From: Octopus vulgaris
Taxonomy: Eukaryota
Length of the DNA: 64,000 nt
Direction of reading: 5' to 3'
Assembly (NCBI GenBank): GCA_951406725.2
Contig: OX597818.1
Location: forward strand, 145,514,001 to 145,578,000
Shown: positions 57,935 through 64,000 of the stretch, in pieces
Layout of the letters: the number at the start of each line of letters is the position of its first letter
Position numbering within the stretch: position 1 is the stretch's first letter
The notes under the pieces: generated by a model
Seen by the model: only the letters and a program-made list of their open reading frames with translations
What the model was told of the DNA's origin: nothing
Database searches by the model: none
Made by a program: the position numbers and the translations under genes

Positions 57935-59298
57935 AGTTTTTAAGATTTCCTGAAAGTCTTGAAACGTTGATAGACTTAAGATCTTGTTTCGAACTAAATA
58001 TACAGGGTAAATTAAAGAATTTTGAAAATCAGTAATAAAAACATTAACTTTAACATAGTCGTGTCTTCAATGGAATCGTGTGCTTTCGTACCAATGTGCC
58101 GGAGATCACCTCTTTCTATGATAGAAATCTGTTAACTTTAACGTATTAGTATTTAAATTAATCTTTCCATCATAATTTTATCTAAGAATCTCTCTATCAG
58201 TAATATTTCAGACACTAACTTAATTACGAAGATGTTAGTTATTTTCTAAACTCTTCCGAATTCTTGATTATTTTCAAAATTCAATAAAGCCTATTGACAG
58301 AGTATTACATCAGAATTATGGTCGCGAAATGAATAATATATGTACAACACACTGACACAGACACACACGCACACACAGACACACACACATGTATATGCCA
58401 ATCTTAATCGAAGAAGCAACAAGACCACTATCCATTAAATACTCGAGACATTAAAATTTTAAATGTATTTAGGTGTATTTAGATGTAAACTCATTGCATG
58501 AAAAGATGTTTCGAGTAACGTGTAAAGATGTTTAAGTAACTTAATTCCTATTAAACGCCTTATTTTCGTGAGAGATAGCTAAAAATGCTTATGATTACGT
58601 TTAGCACTTGTATTAAAATATAAACTAATACACTCAACGTTTTAACCCGCATCAAGTACTTTATTAAATAATGGTATCCTTAATTCTTCGATTAAGATGC
58701 TCTCGTGGGCGCATGCGTGTGTCTGTATTTTTCGCCGATGTATATCTACGAAGGATGAAAACATCGGTGGATAAACCAAAAGTACCACCTTGGTATTTTT
58801 CACTAACACCTGTCGGAAATGCAAAGAACCAGTGATTGGTCCTTGGAAAATTGTAAGCAACGATGTTAGTGTTCATCAATAGTGATATAAAACAGACTCA
58901 ACTCAGCTCTTAGAATCTCATATAGACTCGACTCTTTCTTACTGTATGATGGTGTTCTTCGACCTCAGATCGACCCTAACTGATCAAATACTTTCCACGC
59001 AAGACTATACCGTCTTTATTTTCTTCATTGACATAATTTACTCCTGGCATCCAAGTAATTCATACATTTTTTTAACATAAGATGTGAGCTGAGGAAGATG
59101 TTTGCTATTTCTAGCATACCTAGTCAATCACGAACAAATGTCCTTGGCTGAATATTTTACCACATCAAAATGCGATCTTTTGTTGTCTTATCTGAGTTTA
59201 TTTTATCATTCTACACTTTCTTGTTTCAAGTCTATTTTGCCTTTTGCATATCATGACGAGATTTGGGTATCGAGCTAAATTCTTTTTGACTTGAGCTT

Positions 59299-59450
59299 CA
59301 GGGCCGTTTTAAAAGAACCATAGTCATAAGCAGAGCAATGTACGGAGGTTTCCTATATAGGTAACGACATAAAATAGATTAGCAATGAAAATTTAGACCC
59401 TGGGACGCCTGGGAAACTGCCCAGTGTGCCGATGCCATAAAAGAGTACTG
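59299..59450. mobile_element. hAT-like MITE
   Basis: Imperfect TIRs CAGGGCCGTTTTA / TAAAAGAGTACTG; 8-bp flanks TTGAGCTT and TTGGGCTC (6/8), consistent with a decayed hAT TSD. Confidence 0.55.
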
Positions 59451-61066
59451 TTGGGCTCATGATCGTTAGGTGGTAGGATCGACCAGCACCTTATGCCCTT
59501 GAACTCTTGTCCACTCAGTAGAAATGAATACCAATAGAAATGTATATAAGTGCGGCCCATTTTCTCTTCAACTATTGCATTCTAAATAGTCTGTCTAGTC
59601 AACAGATGTGAAGCTCAGGACTACATGGATATATAAAACAATTAGCGAAAGTGCAGTACATACTACCCACTCGTACTTCCTTGCAAGTAACGGCTATGGC
59701 TGGTATGTATAAAAGGTAGATGGCTAAATACTGCTGCAAGTCATTTTTGCCAACGCTCTACTGGTTTTTAGAACTGTATGTTGGACGCAGATGGTTTTTA
59801 TTTATTCTTTTTTTCAACATTACCATTATCGCTATCCGTAACTTTTATATTTCTCCTACATCTTTATGTTACTGCTATAGATAACAGCGATATATGAAGA
59901 TTTAGCATTTATCTCCTCCTGTATTCCCCCTGTTTCTCTTTTCTCTCCCTCTTTTCTCCCTTCCTCTCTTCTCTATCTCTCTTCTCCCCCCTCACCCTCT
60001 GTCTCTGTCACCATGACACCTTATTCGTCACCATGACGAATTACCTCAGAGATCCATTGCATCATTCTATTGGTGTGTGTGCATGCGTGTGCATCTGTGT
60101 TTGGGTGTGTGTGTGTGCGTGTGTGTGTGTGTGTGTGCGTGTGTATGTGTATGTGTGTGTGTATGTGTGTGCGTGTGCATGTGTAACTGTGTAGCGCTCC
60201 TGTTCTTAGCGTATTTAATCAACTATAGTGGAAGTAGCATTCTCGAGAAAAATTCGGAATGGAGACTTTTAGATTACAAAAACCGGCTTATAACATTTAG
60301 CAATGAATGTAATACTATCCTGAGAGTAGTTGGGACCTATTAATTTTAATAACAATAATTATTTGATAACATTGTTCGTCATCATAGTGAGATGCTTCTA
60401 CTATGGCGACCAGATTATGGTTTTCATTTTGCCAGCCGATTCAGAACAAACAAATACCAGTAATACTACTGGGTTCCATTACACCCTCTCACTGTAACAT
60501 GATAGTAATAATAAATAACATGAAATACAAGATAAAATACCATTATGGCAGAGTAAAGAAATCATTAAATTTATATCCCATTAATAGAAATGTCTTGATT
60601 AAAAAGCGAATAAAAAGAAAAATTCTATCGTTCACTCTCTTCAAACATAATTGTGAGTATGTGACTGTGGTTCGTATGGGTGTGTGTATACGGAAGCCAA
60701 AAGTGAGTTTCTGCTGAGTGTGTGTTTGTGTACGTATTTGTGAATGTGTGTGCGAGTGTGCTTGTGAGATTGTGATTATGCGTGTCTATACCTACGTCGT
60801 AACGTGGCAATATATTCGCACTTACGCAAATTCAGATTAATACGCACTCATACGTACACTTATACTCACATAGAGACATATAGAAATAGGCATATGTGTA
60901 CATATGATTGTATATTCTTGTATAAAACTATGTATGCACATATACATATTCATATACATATACATACACACACATTCATATATATATATATACATATAAA
61001 TCATATATAACTACATACATATGCAAACATACATGCATTCATATACATCCATTCCTACACACGCAG

Positions 61067-61133
<67 letters not shown>

Positions 61134-61482
61134 CACATATGATTGTATATGTGTGTGTATGCTTGCATGTGCTTGTGTGTGAGTGTATGTGTGTGTTTGT
61201 GTGTGTGCAACTGTGGATGTAAAACGTGTAGAGATGGAGAAAAATTAGAGGCAGCTACAAACTACAAAACAACATCATCAACAAAAACAACAACAACAAC
61301 AACAACAAATATAACAACTACACGCCAACAACTTAATAATAACTATGATTGAAGCTTAGACATTTGAAATGTTTGGACTGCGAGATCTGTTGCTTCAATC
61401 TCATTTCACTTGCTGTCGCCGATATTAACGATGGCTGCTTCAATTATAGGAGAGAAATCATGTCCCACTGACTGTTTCCGCG

Positions 61483-61504
61483 GTAACCTAGCAACCGTGC
61501 GTCA
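61483..61504 (+). promoter_or_regulatory. Candidate RFX X-box adjacent to a CRE/AP1-like site
   Basis: GTAACCTAGCAAC followed by CGTGCGTCA in a locally CpG-containing unique patch. Motif match only. Confidence 0.25.
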
Positions 61505-61596
61505 GGACAGCTTGCATCTTCATCATCGCTTTCGTCGTCGCCTTCTTCTTCTTATTTCATGCTGTTGCTATAAGTGTTTTTGCTTTTTTGTTGTTG

Positions 61597-61709
61597 CTCT
61601 TCTTCTTCTTCTTCTTCTTCTTCTTCTTCTTCTTCTTCTTCTTCTTCTTCTTCTTCTTCTTCTTCTTCTTCTTCTTCTTCTTCTTCTTCTTCTTCTTCTT
61701 CTTCTTCTT
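61597..61709. repeat. (CTT)n microsatellite
   Basis: Directly visible. Confidence 0.97.
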
Positions 61710-63104
61710 GCCATCACTATCACCGCCCCCATATCAACAGCATCACCTGTATGCTAGAACTCTCATACACATTCACACACATACATCTTGTTTTGCTGCC
61801 GAATAATTTCTCATGGAGATACGGATGCAATTGTTGGTTACGTACATGGCGTTAACAAGCAAACACTGAGATCTTTGGAATATGCTTGCATGTACATACC
61901 TATGTACGTACGTACGTAAATATGTATGTATGTATGTACTATGTATGTATGTGCGTATGTATATGAATGTAAGCATGAATGTACATATAATATACAACAG
62001 ATATATGTATCAGAGAACATGTGTATCCTTTTCGCTTAATTCGTGTAGAAAAGACGCTCATCATGTTTCTTTTTTTTTTCTTTATAGAAATCCCATAATT
62101 TTTAATGTTCAATAAATAGCCCCGTTTCGTAGTATATAAGGTCTTGCCATGTTTCAAGTAGAAGCCCTGTTCTGAAATATTCAGATTCCTGTATTTGATG
62201 CATAGCCATATGAGATGATACACCCCCAATTTCAACAGCGCAGACTCAGAAAAAGGTTCTTAATGCATTAAAGCCTATAGGATGTCCAACTTCACGTATA
62301 GAACTCAAGATGATTCTTAAAGATGTTTTGAGTGAAAGGTGCAGCTTGTGAGCTATCAAACACGGTATCTGGTATTCCTAGTAGCTGTAAGAGTTCAAGA
62401 AATGTGTTCTGAGCTACGTATGAGCCGCAGACCAATACTTTATTCACACAACCATTTCATTTGTAACCCAAAGGATAAGAAAGAGAAGTGGGGGTAGGTT
62501 TACTGACTCAAGGGGGGATAAAGAAACAAACATCCGTGTATTTAGAAAGTATGTACTATGGCTAGCTATTTTTTTCTTTAGTTCATGCGCTTTTTTTAAA
62601 GCCTGGTGCATCTGGCATAACTATCTAACGTGTGATTGTTTTTCTTCTTTAAGTCAGCAGAGTGTAAATTGAAGCAAATTTGTCTTTTTTTTTTCTACTA
62701 GCGGCTTTGACGACCACACATAGGTTTAGTGTGATTGAGATGTAAGGATAAATGGGACGATGCCGAGTGTAACTGAGACTAAAACGAACACTGTTAAGCT
62801 TCGAGAATAGATGATGGAGTTGTTTTAATAGAACTCCATCAGAGTTATAGTCAGATATAGTGAGGGAACAAACGCGCAAATACACATGGGTAAAAAGAAA
62901 TGGAACTTCGCCGGTTGCACTGATGATTATTCAGTGATACGATCTACTGAGTAACTTGCTCTCTGAATTAACAAGCAATTAACTGAGTATTCTAAAGACG
63001 CCTACTTATAACATAGTCTTTAAGCAGACTCAACGGGACACAGTTGAAAAGTGACATGGTTGTACTTTGGAACTACGAGTACAATCTACCCGATCCACTT
63101 CCAA

Positions 63105-63258
63105 GCACTTTCCGTCTACTTAAATTCACTTACAAGGCTTGAGTTCATCAGAGGTTATTTAGTAAAAGACACTTGTCCAAGACACTGTATCAGGTGACTG
63201 TGCCCGAGATCTCATGATTTCCAAGCGGAACGCTTAACCATCCAACCATATACACCTA
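63105..63258 (-). mobile_element. SINE family A head, decayed
   Basis: TTTCCGTCTAC..AAATTCACT.ACAAGGCTT...GACACTTGTCCAAG...CTTAACCA. Confidence 0.65.
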
Positions 63259-63607
63259 TATAAGCATAGGTGCGCGCGTGCACACACACATACATATGCA
63301 CACGTGCGCATTAATAAGTCAAGATTGGAAGATGAATATATTTCAATTCAATTTTCGGTTTCCAATAATTAATTCTTAATATTTCAACCAAGAAACCTTT
63401 TCTTGAATTCAGCTTTTCATTGCAGATAGTTCAATATTATTCATAATTATTCCTTTTTGGGTTCTTTCCACTGTTGTAGTATGATGTCACTTGAAATATA
63501 CAAATATATATTTATATTCACACCTTGCTTTGAAAAGTTAATTTTTCATCTCTATGCAATTAATATTTTATTTGCTAATAATAGCTATAAAAGCTACGCT
63601 TTCAAAA

Positions 63608-63793
<186 letters not shown>

Positions 63794-64000
63794 TGAAGCC
63801 CTGGATTTTCTGTCTCCTATTTTAATCCTCGTTTTGCTTTAGTTCAATTACAGTCTTCATAACTTCAAGACAAATCTTAAAAGACCATCAAAGACATGAA
63901 TACGGGGAAAGCGATGCAGTCAATTAAAGTAGACTTATCAATTGATTAAATTCAAATAAAATTCTATCAACAATTACTGACTACTGAGTTGACCTAGAAA

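Noticed and set aside
58700-58860. FFTNTCRKCKEPVIGPWKI followed by GTAAGC, resembling the start of a LIM-domain exon
   Set aside because: An in-frame TAA lies just upstream, there is no polypyrimidine acceptor, and no partner exon was found; probably chance.

Overview
AT-rich, microsatellite-laden eukaryotic non-coding DNA, most likely an octopus (cephalopod) intergenic or intronic region; the organism is inferred from the SINE families and repeat load and is not proven. No host protein-coding exon, true tRNA, rRNA or CRISPR array can be supported, and nearly all listed ORFs are microsatellite read-throughs. The real coding remnants are all transposon-derived: a near full-length RTE LINE (30039-33320), a decayed R4/Dong LINE (36050-38617) plus smaller R4/Dong pieces, CR1-type 3' ends, a Hero-like remnant and a Gypsy integrase fragment. 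There is also a probable solo LTR, a hAT-like MITE, a Helitron-like end and at least four tRNA-derived SINE families. The main hidden signal is RNA-level. At least eight hammerhead-ribozyme (HHR) motifs from several unrelated repeat families occur in the window: four with intact cores, the others decayed or truncated. The best example is a ~355-365 bp HHR-containing tandem unit arranged as two divergent arms at ~53740-54705, which looks like a retrozyme or a non-autonomous Penelope-like element. Many retroelements sit in specific microsatellite types.
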